A stretch of DNA of 64,000 nucleotides from Moniliella sp. 'wahieum' (taxonomy: Eukaryota): assembly GCA_003971905.1 (NCBI GenBank), contig RSEE01000038.1, forward strand, positions 434,001 through 498,000, given 5' to 3'. Under the pieces are notes generated by a model. That model saw only the letters and a list, made by a program, of their open reading frames with translations, made no database searches and was not told the DNA's origin. The position numbers and the translations under genes were made by a program. Positions 25,626-39,038 of this stretch are shown one piece after another (within the stretch, counting starts at the first letter, position 1; each line of letters begins with the position of its first letter).

Positions 25626-27865
25626 TGGTGGGCAGCAGGAAAAGGAAAAGAGACGCGGCGGCGGCGAAGCTGCTGGGCTGGGCGGCCGCCTGCTGCCTGG
25701 ACGGCGGATTAGGTCAGCAGAAGCACGGGGCGCAGGCCCAGTCACCGTCTCGTCACGCGCCCGTCACATCTCCGGCGCCCTCACGCGTGCCCCGTCACAT
25801 GTCACACCATCGGCAGCCAGCCGCAGCCGCCCGCCCCCAGCGCCAGTGTCCCGCGCCGCTCTGCGCACCACCCGCCCTCGGCCTCACTCAGTACTCACCC
25901 CAGCCAGCGCGCCTCAGGCCACCTTCGGGCCATCCTCAGGCCTCATCGACCATCCGCCTCGTGCGTCGCCCCCCCGCCCGCCCGCGCATCCGCTTGTCTT
26001 GTAGCCTGCCCCAGCAAAGCGCCCCATCCAGGCGTTCTTGCCTTCCGCGTCTTCCGTCGCCAGGCCACGTGGTTCGAACGGCGGCCCGGCAGGTGGGGAG
26101 GGGAAGCCAGTCCCAGCTTGGTCCCGTGGTGAGCGGGGCAGTGGGTATCGGCCATAATGCATAACAGGTAACAGGTAGGTCAACGATGGCAATGTCCGGG
26201 TTCGCCGCAATGGATAGCGGAGGATAGCGAGGGCAGAGGTACATGGCGCGGGACGGGACAGATGGCCACCGTATGCGCACGTTGCCACAGCATCCCGTGT
26301 GCATTGGCTTGCCGGCACGGCGCAGACGGGGGAGATCTTGTGCGTTCAGAGATAAGAGGAACGCAAGTCTCATCTCGTGGTGGTAGGTGGGTGGGTAGGT
26401 GAATTGCTGACCAGGACAAAACGAACCGCAACAAAAGCTCGCTCCACCTCCACATCTGGTCCGTCCATTTGTCGTCACCGAAAGGCGCCCGTCTCAACGA
26501 CAGCGGGGGTTCTGTTGCGTACCGGGAGAGCCAGTGTTGTTTCCCATTCTCAATGTAAAAACGCAACCTGTGCTGGAAAGTGAAGGAGGCGGGAAAAAGG
26601 ATCGTACTCCGCCTTGTGTTGATGAGACACCCTTTTCGCCCACATGATGTGACCACAGGCGACTATCCGCACATATGGGGATGCCCGGGTGTTGTTTTAT
26701 CCCTGGTGCGCTCATCGAGTTCATCCACCTAACCAATCTTTTCTTCGCCGTTTGCGCGCGCTTAAGGGTCGGCTCTGATCGAATGGGGAAAGGGTTGCGG
26801 GCCACCCACGTCCCCCATGGGATCAGCATTGGATCACACTTGCTTGGAAGGCTGATTTGGGGGAGGGTGTTCCTCTGCCGTTGTGGTGGATTAGTTTCCT
26901 TGCTGCTCACATCAAGCGGTTGGAATTACGATGTGGCACCTTGTGAGGGGGGAGACGTACATTTGGGTTGGTTGGAGAAAGAAGAGGGAAGGTGCCAGGA
27001 GGGTTCCTAGCCTCGGCTGACCGGCCCCCCCCCCCCCCCTCCCCCCCGAGGAATAAAGCATGCCCTTTTTGTGGGGAGGAGCTCGTGTTACGAACCCCCG
27101 TTGCGCTCGGACGACTTGGTGGAGAAGCTGGGCCGAGAAGCGCACGGCATCGACTGTTTCTGGCGATCGTGGGGGAGAAGAAGTGACTAGTGACGAGGGG
27201 CTGGATTGATTGATTAGATTGAGGGAGCTGAACATTTCACCGCTTACCACAAAGTTGTTTTCGTAGCCGCCAACGCGCGGGTGGTCGTCAGCCGTGGGCG
27301 CTCCCCCGGCCGTCTTATTTGGCAACGGCTCGGCAGAGGCTGCAGCCGATCGATCACCGCGATCACCTGCTCGCGACATCCGCTCCTGGCTTTAATGATC
27401 GGCCGAAAAGTCCTTGTATAAAGCGCAAGACTGGCCGAAACTGAAGATCTGAAGGCATACTGCGTTTTTGGCATCAAAACCCAAAAGGCAATATAAAAGA
27501 CGAGAAAGACAAGTCGGACGTAATGCACTCGTTTCTATATGCGCCCCTCCAAGCCATCAGGTCTCAGAATCTTATGGATCGAGACACGAAGAGCTAGCGC
27601 ATGGTGTCTCATGGTTACGCTAGGTCACAGCATCCAACGGATTCAGGGAATAAGTTTGCGCATTAGGACACAAGGCGTTAAACAGCAGCACAGCACAGAT
27701 ATAGGTAGAGCGTAGAGCGTAGAGCGATCCAAGGGGACCAAAGAGAGTGGAAACGAGGGTACTTGGCCACGAAAGAACGAGTGTCAAAGGGTAGGTCGGG
27801 TCAAGTGGGAGATAACGGTATAGTGGAGTGGAGGAGAAGCCGGGCACTCAGTCTCAGTCGATTAG

Positions 27866-28944
27866 CTAGGCAAACCAGTGCTGGACGTTGCCCAGGCCAC
27901 TTTGGACGACGGCCAACGCACCACCCAACCCCGAAGGAAGCAAACCAGACACGATCCCAGCCGCCGTAGCAGCCAGACCGGCGCCGGCCACCCCGGCAAC
28001 GGAAGCGACCGGGTGAGCATGCACCAGGGCCCGCACCCGGGCAGGCGTGATGATCTTCCTTCCTGACACAGGAGAGGGTGAGAAGGCGGCAGCGGGAGAG
28101 ACGGATTCGACGTCCATTGCATCCGCCCGACGCTTGGCGTGGCTCGAGGCAGGGGCAGAGGATTGGATGGCCTTGGCTTGCTCCTGAGCAGCAACAAGAG
28201 CCTCCTGAGCGTTGCCAAGTACATGCACCGTCTCCGTTTCTGCCTTGGCAGTGGTGGGGATAGTGACGCGAGTTGCATCGTCCTCGGACAAGGGCTTGCC
28301 GTTGGCAGTAAAAGTGGGCTTCCCTCGTGGTCCACAAAATACGCAGAGCCGCGCAGGATCGTGGCCTGCGCCTGGATCAAGGGGCGAAGCAAGTGCCCAA
28401 TGCCGTAGTCGTCGGCCAAAGTCTGTGCGTCAGAGACGACGATCCAGGTTCCGGGAAAGAGGTAGAAGCGTCTACGGTAGAAAAAGTAGAGACAACGTGC
28501 ATCCTCTCCCTCTCCTTCTCCTCCTCGCTTGCCGAGGGGAAGGCAAGGTCAAACATCGTGGTTGCCATAATAGCCGGGACGTCAAAGCGCTTCAAGAGAA
28601 ACACATGTCCTTTGCCCTGAGGAACAGGAAGCTTCATTCGTCCACTAGAATGTCTCGCTCTTCCCCATCCACCTGGCGTTGGAGATTTGCAACTTGACTT
28701 CTGCCTGGGCTTGGGACAGAAGGGGGTTCTTGCCCTCTGGAAGCGGAGGGCGAAGCTCAGTAACATCCGGGGTGGGCGGTTGGGAAGAGACAGACGCAAG
28801 CGTAGGAGAAAGTAAGGTGGGGGAGGGAACTTCCTTGTCCTTGTGCGCTTCAAGAGTGGGTGTGGGGCTAGGAACCTCAGCGGAGCGGGTTCGTGGTGGG
28901 TGACCGAGTAGGATGCGTAAGGACCACGCATTCCTCCGGCTCGG

Positions 28945-28980
<36 letters not shown>

Positions 28981-29198
28981 TTTCCTCTACTCGTGTCCAC
29001 CTTCCTTGGTTTCCGCTTTGGGAAGGAGTGTGTGGGCTTCCTCGCTCTGTTCCTCCGTCGTAGTCGCGCCCTGATCAGGAAGGACAGAGTGCTGTTCTTG
29101 GGGCACGGAGGCCTCCGCAGGCGCTTGGAGGGTGCGGTTGGCACTGCGAGCGGCCCGGGTGCGGTGGTGGCAGGGCGCTTGCGGGGCGGCATGGACAT
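27866..29198 (-). CDS. Bqt4-like tail-anchored protein with an APSES/KilA-N-like domain
   Basis: HVFLLKRFD...ATTMFDLAFPSASEEEKERER and ADDYGIGHLLRPLI resemble the Bqt4 APSES-like core. Basic N-terminus (PPRKR) and a hydrophobic C-terminal anchor VAGVAGAGLAATAAGIVSGLL...WFA*. Confidence 0.7.
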
Positions 29199-30167
29199 GG
29201 CAGAGGAAGGAACCGGCGGCTGAAGGGGGACGAGGAGAGCGCTTCAAGCTGAATGCGGGGAAGCGGTTCCAACGGTGCAGATGGTGGGCAAGAACAGACG
29301 CAAGCCAGCGCTGGGAGTATACTGGGCGCCTGGGTTGGCCTGCCTGTGTGCCCAGACAGACTGCTGTAGCGCCTGGGCCCAAGTGCGCGAAATACGGCAA
29401 GGCGGAGAGGAAGAATGGCGCCCGCTGCATGGATGGGATGGGCAGCCGGCCGCCACAGCAGCAGTGCTGCGCACGCGCGTGTGATTAGGTCAGCGTTTGT
29501 GGAGCAGCTGCCAGAACGTCTTGGCTGCTGCACTGAGGCCAGCAGAATTTTTGTGTTGGGTCCCCAATGGCATGAATCACCGCGCGCGCCGCTCCCGCCT
29601 GCAGCCCCCCAACAGCCCCACGTCGGAAACGACAGCTTCGCCTTGCCATGGCCGTGCCTCAAGCTCAAGTCAGCCCATCGGTCATGCTATATATGAATCC
29701 ACTACACTATCGGCCTCCTCACTCGCGTCCTGCATCCACCCACCAAAAGCACTCTGGTAGCAGGCACGCCAGCGCACGGGTCGGAAACAGAGGGATTCAT
29801 CCGAGAGACACAAGAGAGAGCGAGAAACAGAGAAAGAGACTGGAGAGGACGGATCATAGAAGCCCTGGAACCAGCGGACGAGCAGGCAACCAATGGGCGC
29901 GGTTCAGATGTATGCTTACGTTGAGATGGTGAGTTGGGAGGTAGGATGGGGATGATGACAGAGACGAGACTAGTACGATGGGAATGGTCCAGGCGGAAAG
30001 AAATGATCAAAGCTTGAGAAGATGGAGGACAATTCCGGGTCGAAGGCATAGTGGGATTGATGAGAGAAGAGGTAGGCAATGGGAAGAAGTGAAGGATGCC
30101 ATGTTTGATGCTTAGCGCTTAGCCTCGCAGACGGCTGCACTGACCAGCGCAAAGCCCAGACCTGCAA

Positions 30168-31299
30168 TCACTTGCAAATCATCACGCCGAGAGGAGGTAG
30201 AGGCGCCTCAATCCAAGCGCCCGGAACGGATGTGGTCATGGCCAGCGACGGATCCACTTGGTTCACCTGAGTGTCGCCTTGCAGCAGATTTTCCTCGCCC
30301 GCCGTCTTGGGTGACGCAACCACTTGATCGATCTGATGGCTAGATGGCTCGATAGATTTGACAAGTAGATCCGAGTCGGACGCGCGCCGTGTGCCCTCCT
30401 CCGCGGCGGAAGGGAAGTGGCTTCCTTGGCGGGAAGCAAGTCGGGACTCGAAGTACCCGAAATGGCACTGAGCACGCTCGTTTCTGTGCTCGAGAAGGTT
30501 CGTCCAACGAGGGCTGGGTATCAAATGTGTCGACGCTAGACGCGGGCGTAGAGCCATGGAGGGGCGCCGCGGGAGGCAGAACCGGGAAGAGCCATCGGAG
30601 TGGGCTCTTGTTTTGTGTCGGCGCAAAGGTTAGGTTCAGGACGAGCGGGAGGCGGTGATAGGATGACGAGAGGGACGGGAGTGGCGGGAGAGGTGGGACG
30701 GGTGGGACATTCTCTCGTTCTTTGGGCATGTGGAAGTTGCTCCAGCTGCGAACACGGGAAGAACGGTTTGTCGGGCGAAGGACGCGGACGATCGACCAAG
30801 GAGCCGACTGGGGCGGACCATCGCTCTCACCAATGTACGGGGTGCTTACCCTCCTGGGCGCCGGCGGTTGTGCCTGCTCAAAAGCCTGGACGTAGAGCGG
30901 ACATGACAGAGGACTTTGACTGCCTGGAGGAGTGGTCGCTTGGGCAGATACGTGCCGCGATGGCGCACGGCTGTAGCCGGCCAAACGCGGGTCTTGCGCC
31001 GTGAATGCGCCACTGGGGCGGCGGTCCAAATGGAAAGGCGGCATGTCGCTGGTGGGAGAGGAAGTGGAGGACTGGGACTTGGCTCGACCACGTCCATTGA
31101 GGGTGGGGCCAAGGGCCGAGGTGGGGAGTTGCATGCGGGTGGAGGTGAGGATGCTGTTGCTGTGGGCCAGGTAGCTGAAGCCTTGGGGCACAGGGACGCC
31201 ACCTGGGGTGAGAGCACGCTCCGAGGAAGGGAAACGCGGGGTGGATGCACTGGCTGGGAGCAGGGGGGGCGAGCCCATGCCGAAGCTCTGGTCCGCCAT
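30168..31299 (-). CDS. Hypothetical Ser/Pro-rich disordered protein (frameshifted)
   Basis: Coherent reading MADQSFGMGSPPLLP... continuing through successive minus-strand ORF pieces (30340-31437, 30168-30626). No domain recognised. Confidence 0.5.
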
Positions 31300-32165
31300 G
31301 GCCACGCAGGTGGGTGGTGGGGTGCTGCGTCTCAGCCCTGAGTACCGGGTGGCGAGTGCTGAGGGGGGACGAGCCTTGAGGAGGGGAGATGGAGGGGAAG
31401 GCAAGGCTCGGCGGGGGGGGCAGCACTGGGCCAGCACTGGGCCAGCCCGACTCTGACGCGTGACGACTCAATGCGGCAATATCAAAAGACGCAGAATGCA
31501 GTAGGATGGGCGCTGGGTGGGCAAGGTGTCGTGCTGTGCCGGGGTGCTCTAGGGTGCGCTGTGCTCTCGCCTCTCCGGCGGCCAGGTGGAGGGGGCCGCA
31601 CAGAGGCAGTGGCCACTGGCAGGCAAGGCGCCAGAGCAGTGTGGTGTTGGGGGCGGCGGCTGAGTCGGGATTGTGACGCATGGGACGAGCCACAGTGGCC
31701 AGCGCAGATTGCATGCACGCCCTTGCATGCCCTGGCGGGCCCTTGCATATCAGCGCTTCTGAAATGGGCCTGCTCTGAGATCTGACTAGTGACTGTTGGC
31801 ACATGCGCTGATCGATCTGATCACCCGCTGATCACCTGCTGATGCATGCTTGTGTCACCCGCATTTGGGCCAGAAAGACAGCCCACAGCATATCATCCAG
31901 TCTGAGATCTGACGCGGCTGGACCCAAGTCCATCCAGACAATGGACATTCCCCTCCCGGAAATGTTGATGACGTTGATGGAGAAGAATGATTAATGACTG
32001 CCTCATTCAGGGCCGTGCCCAGGACCGACGAGCGTGCCGGGATTGGAGACGCTTTCGATAACAGGCAAGACCCGTATCGCGCTCGTACATTGTGGACAAT
32101 ACGGTGAGGCACGACCAGTATGGGTATGAGTACACTGAGTACCGAATGCCAATTCTTCTTTGCCT

Positions 32166-33624
32166 TCAGTCCCCTGAAGGTTCGGGGAAATGCATGGATA
32201 GATAGATTCTACTCGATGAAGACAAGATTCTAGTGCAGGACGTACGACAAGCCAGAGGCCAGGAGGCGCCTGTGGCAGAGGACATAAGAGTTAAGAATGG
32301 AACTGGGTGCAGAGTCGATCGGAGGGGGGTATGCCATCCTGAGTTTGTATCACTGACGGTCATTGCATCGCTCTCGTCCCCTATCCCTGTCCAGGGTACA
32401 TAGAGTGGGACGGCTCGTTGGGTTTCGGTCTCCAGGATGCCGAGGACTTTGGTTTCCCGCTCACGAAGCAACGTGTCCGAGTCCACCTCGCCGGTCATGG
32501 CTTCCCGACTGGTTGAGGCAGATTGCGATGGGACACTGGGGCGTTCCCCAAATGGGAGAGAAATTGCAGCCAGGTTGAGCGAGGAAGGGCCCCGTGAGCG
32601 TTGGGGTGTACTGGGGCTGGAAGAGACTGGATCAGGAGGGGTGCGCCTCTCGGTAAAGAGGGAAGACGGGCGCTTCCCTTCGGCCGATGACGCTTTTGGT
32701 GAGCTAGAAGTAGGCGTTAGCTGAGGGTAGGGTCAGAATGCCGGCGGGGGGAGGAGGGGTGGTAGAGCAATCAGGTGGGGGGGATGTGGGGCGAAGAAAG
32801 CAGGCTGTGGGGTCGACGGTTGGATGGGAAAGATGGTAAAATGGACAGGATCGACTCCTGTGTCGGGGGACCATAGGCATCGAAAGGATCAGGAATACTG
32901 TTCACTACTTTCTCCAGCATCGGTTCCGATGTGGCCTTGGATGAAAGTCGTTCCCACATCTCCACCTCAGATCGAGTTAACACGGAGACCTGCACTTGGC
33001 GTCAGTACGATGTTGAAACAAAGAGGGGACAACATACTTTACTCTGTACAAGGTCCCACATCTCATCTTCACCTTGAACCAGATGTTGGGTATGCATCGC
33101 TTTCGCTTGATCCATCTCATGTACTTGTTTCTGCATCTCGGCCAGCACAAGTTTTGAACGTGGCCAGGTCGCGTTTCCCCTTAAACGAACCCTGACCCTC
33201 GGTTTTCTTCAGCTGTTTGCCCGATTGACCATATCGCGTTCATGTGCACCCGCGCTGCCTGCACTCGGGCACGATACGCACGCTGTCGCTCCTGCAGCAG
33301 CTCACCTCGTGGAGTAGTGTGCGAGAGCACGTGCGCCCAGTTTACTCTGAAGAAACTGGAGTCCGGCACACGCTTGTAGAGGCTGGCTTGGGCCTGGGCA
33401 CCGTTCAGACGGCTGCATCGCTCCAACGTTTGGGCATATCCCCCGGTTGCTGTGCTGAGTTGGGCCAGCGCTTGGCCCACCGCCACACTCGCCAGCAGCA
33501 GCTCCTCCTGCGCCCGCAGGCTGGCAACCAAATCTACCGACGACAAGTAGGCCTGGGAGTTGGATCCCGTAGCAGAAGTGGCGGAGGAGGCGGTAGAGCC
33601 CTCCTGGCTGCGCAAGTTGGCCAT
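32166..33624 (-). CDS. Ivy1-like I-BAR/IMD phospholipid-binding protein (frameshifted, probably one intron)
   Basis: YLSSVDLVASLRAQEELLLASVAVGQALAQLSTATGGYAQTLERCSRL matches the Ivy1 N-terminal helices. Later EVEMWERLSSK...DPFDAYG and a disordered tail. Confidence 0.65.
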
Positions 33625-36413
33625 GTTGGATGGGCAGAGTGGGTAGCAGAAGGCGGGAGGCTCCCTCGCGAATTGGAAACACTAGATAATGACCCGGAGT
33701 GTACGTAAGCTCATCCCTACACGTCAGATAAAATGACCACCTGACTTGAAATGTGTTTTTTTTTGTTTAGGCGATCACCGGTCGGGTCACCGGTCACCGT
33801 CACTATTGAAGGCTTGAGGAGCTTGAGCAGCTTTGGAAGAGGCGCTTATCCAGATCGACCTCTCAACTGGCCCCTCTCCTCCCTCCCGGCACCCCACATT
33901 CTGAGAACTGAACCTCAACCCCTCTGTCCGACACAGCGCATGCGGACCGCGCTTGCAGGGCACCTCTGCGGACTGGTGATAGGGCGAGACGCGGTGGCCT
34001 CTGTGTCGAATGGCCACTGTGAGAAGAGCACAGAGAAGAGGATAATATTATCCAAAAGGTGTTTAATTGGAACATCACATCGCAGTGTATCCCGATCCCC
34101 TGATGGCCGGAGCGAAGCACAAGACAACCAACTGAAGCAGTGTTTAATCGTCTGCTCCATCTTTTCAGGTCCGTATAGTATTGGCGTCGTTTCGCCCTCT
34201 TTATTCTCGAAGGAGTGTCCTGGACACTACACACGCATTTGTTTCTTTGTAAGCTCCCTTTTCTTTGGGCCATGAGCACCCCCGTTGTGTTTACCCTTCA
34301 GATGGGACTCGTGCGCTATAAGAAAGGGTCACTGGGTCCAACAACAGCTGTTTGTAAGTATGTAGTGCAACAAAAGAAAACACAGAAAGAAGCAAGGAAA
34401 CGTCAAAACGGCTCCTGAACACATAATGCAGCACATATAGAGGTCGGAAGGGCCTTTTGGCCAAATGAACCAAACCTTCATTGATTCATGATACACATTG
34501 GCGGCCAATGTCGACGATGTGGGGGGATCTTCGTTTCCTTTTCACCACTACATCTCTACAGTAGTCACCGCCTCATCGTGTGGGGGCGACAACGAACACG
34601 CGGAGTTGCGTAAGTGTTGTATTGGGAGAGGGGAGGACCCCACGAATCCTTGCGCGCTGCCAACAATAACGACGGTGAAAGAGCCGAGGGGGCTATTCGT
34701 TACGAGTGACGGCAGAGGTGGCCGAGTGCTGCGGGTGCACACCAAAGAAAAACGGAATGTATCAACCATCGACAGTGGATCGACTCTCGATCGACACCGG
34801 CGTGGATAAAAAAAGGGTACCATGTGCAAGAGTCGGGCGATACGAGTGAGACCAAGTACCAAGGGAAGCAAAGGAAGCACTGGTAGGAGAAGAGCCTAAT
34901 AGGCGCGTTGGCCTGATGATCAATGATTAATGATTAATGATCGATGATCTGAGGCGCAGGAGCGGCAGGAGCCGACGGCATGCTGAGGTAAGCGAGCGCC
35001 AAGTAGTGGTCACTCGAAAAAGAAGTTCTGGATTCGGAGGACTCAAGTACTCAATGGAGGGGCAGGAGAGGATGTGCGGCAGGGGTGGGCCAAGTATGCC
35101 AACGCCAAGTGCGCCCTGGGCCGCCCAACGCGCCACGCGCCTGCATGGGCCCTGGGTGATATGCGTACCCACTTCGTCCTTCGTAGTCCTTGTACTTCGG
35201 CAGGCATGCTGAGCTTAGCGGCAGAGCGCTGACCAAGTTGCACGAGCGGTACTACGCACCACAGCCTTGTTGTGTTGAACATTTTGAGTACGTTGAGTAC
35301 CCCCAACCTCCGTCTGGTGCACGCGCAGCTGCAGCCGCAACAGGCCGCCGATGCACCTGTGGCTACGCAAAATGGCGCCGATGACCCTGGCAGGCCCTGG
35401 CAGGCCAGGGTGCGAGCCATCGCACCGCCACCGCCACCTCGCGAGCACGCCGGCCCAAGCCCAGTGTCGCACCAGTGTCGCACCCCGTCTTCATCCCCCA
35501 CCCGCACCACGCCCCGCGCAGCGTCACCGGTCACTAGTCACTAGTCACTAGTCACCTGCATGCGCCTGCATCATGCATCATGCATCACGCGTCATGCGTC
35601 ACGCGTCCCCACCTGCCACTGGTGGATCGCGGGAGTGAAAGGGGGCACGGAGATGTGAGACTGATGACGCGGTGATGACGCAGGAGGAAGGCAGCTCGAA
35701 TCTTGGTCATCTCGTGCTGGGCGTTGAGTAACAGTGTGAGAGTTGAGGTGAGGGGTGCTGGCGCTGACTCAATGCGGCGTGGCGTGCCCCAGCGAGGGGC
35801 GCGGGGGCGGTGGTGGTGGATGGCTGGGGGCAGGTGCAAGGTGGTCTGGTCGAGTGCAGTGCATTGTGCTGGCCATGCAAGGTGCAAATCCAAGCCGCAT
35901 GCATGCAGCAGAGGTGGCACATGTAGCCTGGGTGGGCCTTGGATTTGCGCCTGCAGAGGCAACGCCAGCAGAAGCACAGACGGTCCTTGGTCACAGGTCA
36001 GCGATCATCCGATGACGCCCATCGATCACCGACCATCGCCACCAGTCTCTCGTCCCTCGTGCTGATCGATCTGATCACCGATCGCGGCCGGAGAAGACCA
36101 GGCACTGTCGCAGTGGCAGCCCCCCGCAATCGACAGTGACGCGGTGCGGGGCACCACCTGCCGCACCCTCCTTTGCCGATCGAAGCCCACGCAGAGACGA
36201 TGAGCGTCACGCGGTGGGACGCGTGAGCGCGGAGCCGCTGGGCTGCGCACCGACAGCTGCCGCACGGGGGCAGTGGGCGGGCGGTGTGGGACGGGGCCGG
36301 GGGCACCACCCGCAGCGCAGCCCTGCGCCGAATAACGCCGAGGCGCTGCTGGGTGCGAAGGGGCAAGGGGCAGCTGCGTGCGACGGCCTGTGCGCTACCA
36401 CCACCCCGTGTGC

Positions 36414-38277
36414 ATGTCCGCCATGTCCCCGTCCATGTCCATGTCCATGCCGTCGCCCTCGCTCGCCGTGCCTACCGAGCTGCCCCTCCGCTCCGCATCG
36501 TCTCCTCCTCCGCCCCTGCTCGTGCCCCACTCGCCCTACACCTCGCCCTCCGTCCACACCTGCTCTCTCTCCTCTCCCGAGACCCTCGCCCCGCCCCCCG
36601 TCCCCCTCTCCACAGCATCGATCCCAACCCAACCCTCAGCAGCGGCCCCCTAGACGCGCCCTCCGACTCGGTCCTGACCAGCGTGCTGCAAACCCAGGCC
36701 CTTGCCCTTGCCGAGCAGACGCTCGGCTACGTGGAGGACCTTACCCAAGCCATGCAAACCGCCGCCACCGCCGTGTCGGCCACCCCCGCCCCCGACATGC
36801 CAGGTCAAGTGCTGTCGTTCAAGCCGGCCAACCCGACCGACTTGCTCAACCAGCGCGTCCACACCATCTCTGTCGCGCTCCGCTCCAACAATCGGCAGCT
36901 GCAACAACTCACCCAGTCCGCCTTCCCGAAACCGGCTGCACCCCTGCCGGAAGCAGAGCTGTCGCCCAAGCAGGTGGGGGAACCTCCCGTGCGGCCCACA
37001 GGCCAAGGACCTGGTGCGCTTGACGTCAACTTTCTTCCCACCTTTAGCCCGTCCGAATTGACGCTCGAGCCTCGCTCCGTGTCGGACTCGGGGGTCCTCT
37101 CCACACCTTGGATGGATGGCCAAGTCCATGCGCCTTCGTACCATCTGTCTACCCAAGCGCCCAGGCACCACAGCCTCATCATGCGTCCTACACCTGAAGC
37201 GCCGTGCCTGTCAGTCACGGACCCATCGCCACAGGGCTCCTTGACGTCCTTGGGTTCGGCCCCATCCATGGCCCTGCCCCAAATATGGTCCGCTGCCGCC
37301 CCGTCCATTTCTTCCGCAGATGGAGACATGTGGTTGCACTCGCAATCGACCGCAGGTCTGTCCGCCGCTCCGGTGCCTGCTACGTCCAGGGAATGGAACG
37401 AGCTGGTACAGTCTTTCCCTTCTCCCCCCGGAGGGGTGCAGTCGATCGCTGCACCACAGGGAATGCAGGAGGTACCCCAACCGCATCCCATGCTCTCTCT
37501 CGCGCCCCAACGACTCTACGCGACGCCCATGGGGACCTTGGCGCCGGTGCGTGCGGGCCAAATGAACCAGATGGCGGCCCTGGCTGCGTTGGCACCGCGG
37601 CCGTCGATGCCCGAACCCCAGCTGTCTACCGATCCTTCCTCTCTTTCCCACCCACCCCCCCACGTTCCAGGCCTACTGAACAAAGACGGTTTGATGACCT
37701 TTATTCCCGAGACGGACAAGCGCTTCCGCAACCGCAAGTTGTTGCTGGACTTGCGCGTGCACCTGTACCGGTACCTCGGCGTGCGCGAGTTTCGGCAGTT
37801 GCGGGATTGCAAGCCGCTGGGGTGGGTGGAAAAGCTGGTTCCCAAGGCGCCAAGGACACTACGCTGGAACGAAGACAAGTGTTCCACCTCGACTTTGGCT
37901 CGCGGAACTTTTATTCGTCCAACGCTGGCTTGATGGATAAGTTGATGGCGCATGGGCTGGACTTGGTGGGCGGCACCCCGAGATGTATGGCGTCTGCCAG
38001 GGCGTGCTTCAGCCGGAACATGTGCAACACGTATGCAAAGATCTCCTCGACTCGGCCCGATCGGGATTTCGGCTGGCACGACGGATTCGGGCACAACAAG
38101 CAGCTGCCAAAGGCCCGCGCCGCCGCCGACAGCCGCTTCGTCAGTGCCATTAATCCGACCGCACTGCCCCCCGCACTGCCCCTTCCTCTCCTCTCCTTTC
38201 CTCTCCTCCCCCCTTTCTTCCTCCCCTTCTCTCATCCTGGCCTGATGCCGACATCCCTCATGGACCTCATTTCGTAG
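36414..38277 (+). CDS. Hypothetical protein: long P/S/Q-rich region plus a compact basic C-terminal domain
   Basis: 549-codon ORF 36284-37933 continued after a frameshift by NFYSSNAGLMDKL.... Codon usage resembles neighbouring genes. Confidence 0.6.
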
Positions 38278-38931
38278 CCAGGGGTCGCTCGCCTACACCC
38301 TACGTCACTGGACACTGTGGACTTTTTCATTGTTTCGCTTTTTGGCTCCCTGTTCCCCTCTTCGCATTCCTATCTACGTTCGTTCGCGCTTGGCTCGACG
38401 CTATCCATTCGAACCCCTTGTTTGTTGACTTTGGTCACCTTTGGTCCATATAGATTCGTTCCCGCGAAGTATTGGGGGCAAGCTTACGCCCTGTCCATCT
38501 TGCGAGGATGCGGGTGGGATGTTGGTAGGTGGCATTGATGGTGGATCCGAGCAGAGCTAATAGGGACAAAAGAAGAGGCATCTGGGCGTCTTCTATGTAC
38601 TAAAAAAAGCAGAGGTGGCGGTTTTGGGTAGCAAGATTGCCAGGTATAGTAGGCACCCGTCGGGCAATAGTAACTAGTAACATGGCTCCAGTCGTTCGGA
38701 CTCGGGGACGGGAAAAGAGACAGCGGGGAAGTGCTGCTCTGATTGAGATTGTGGAGCGGGGGGTGGGACTGAGGCTGGGACTAGGGGCTCCAGAGACTGG
38801 GTGGTCGAAGGGAAGGTCGGGACTGAGCGAGACGACAAGTGAAAGAAAGAAAACGGGAGCTGAGAAGACACGTACATCAACCTCACTGAGCCGGGATTCC
38901 CACATGTATTCCGCGGTAATTCTGTGCCCCC

Positions 38932-39038
38932 TCCGTGGTATTCCGTAGACATAGATTCCGTGGCATACCGTGTTCATACCGTGGTCATACCGTGCTCATA
39001 CCGTGCCTATACCGTAAAATGCCGCAGAATACCACGGA
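38932..39038. repeat. 11-bp tandem array (CATACCGTGNN, 5 copies, 38964-39018) enclosed by a 12-bp inverted repeat
   Basis: Units CATACCGTGTT/GT/CT/CC plus TATACCGTAAA. TCCGTGGTATTC (38932) is the reverse complement of GAATACCACGGA (39027). Confidence 0.9.
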
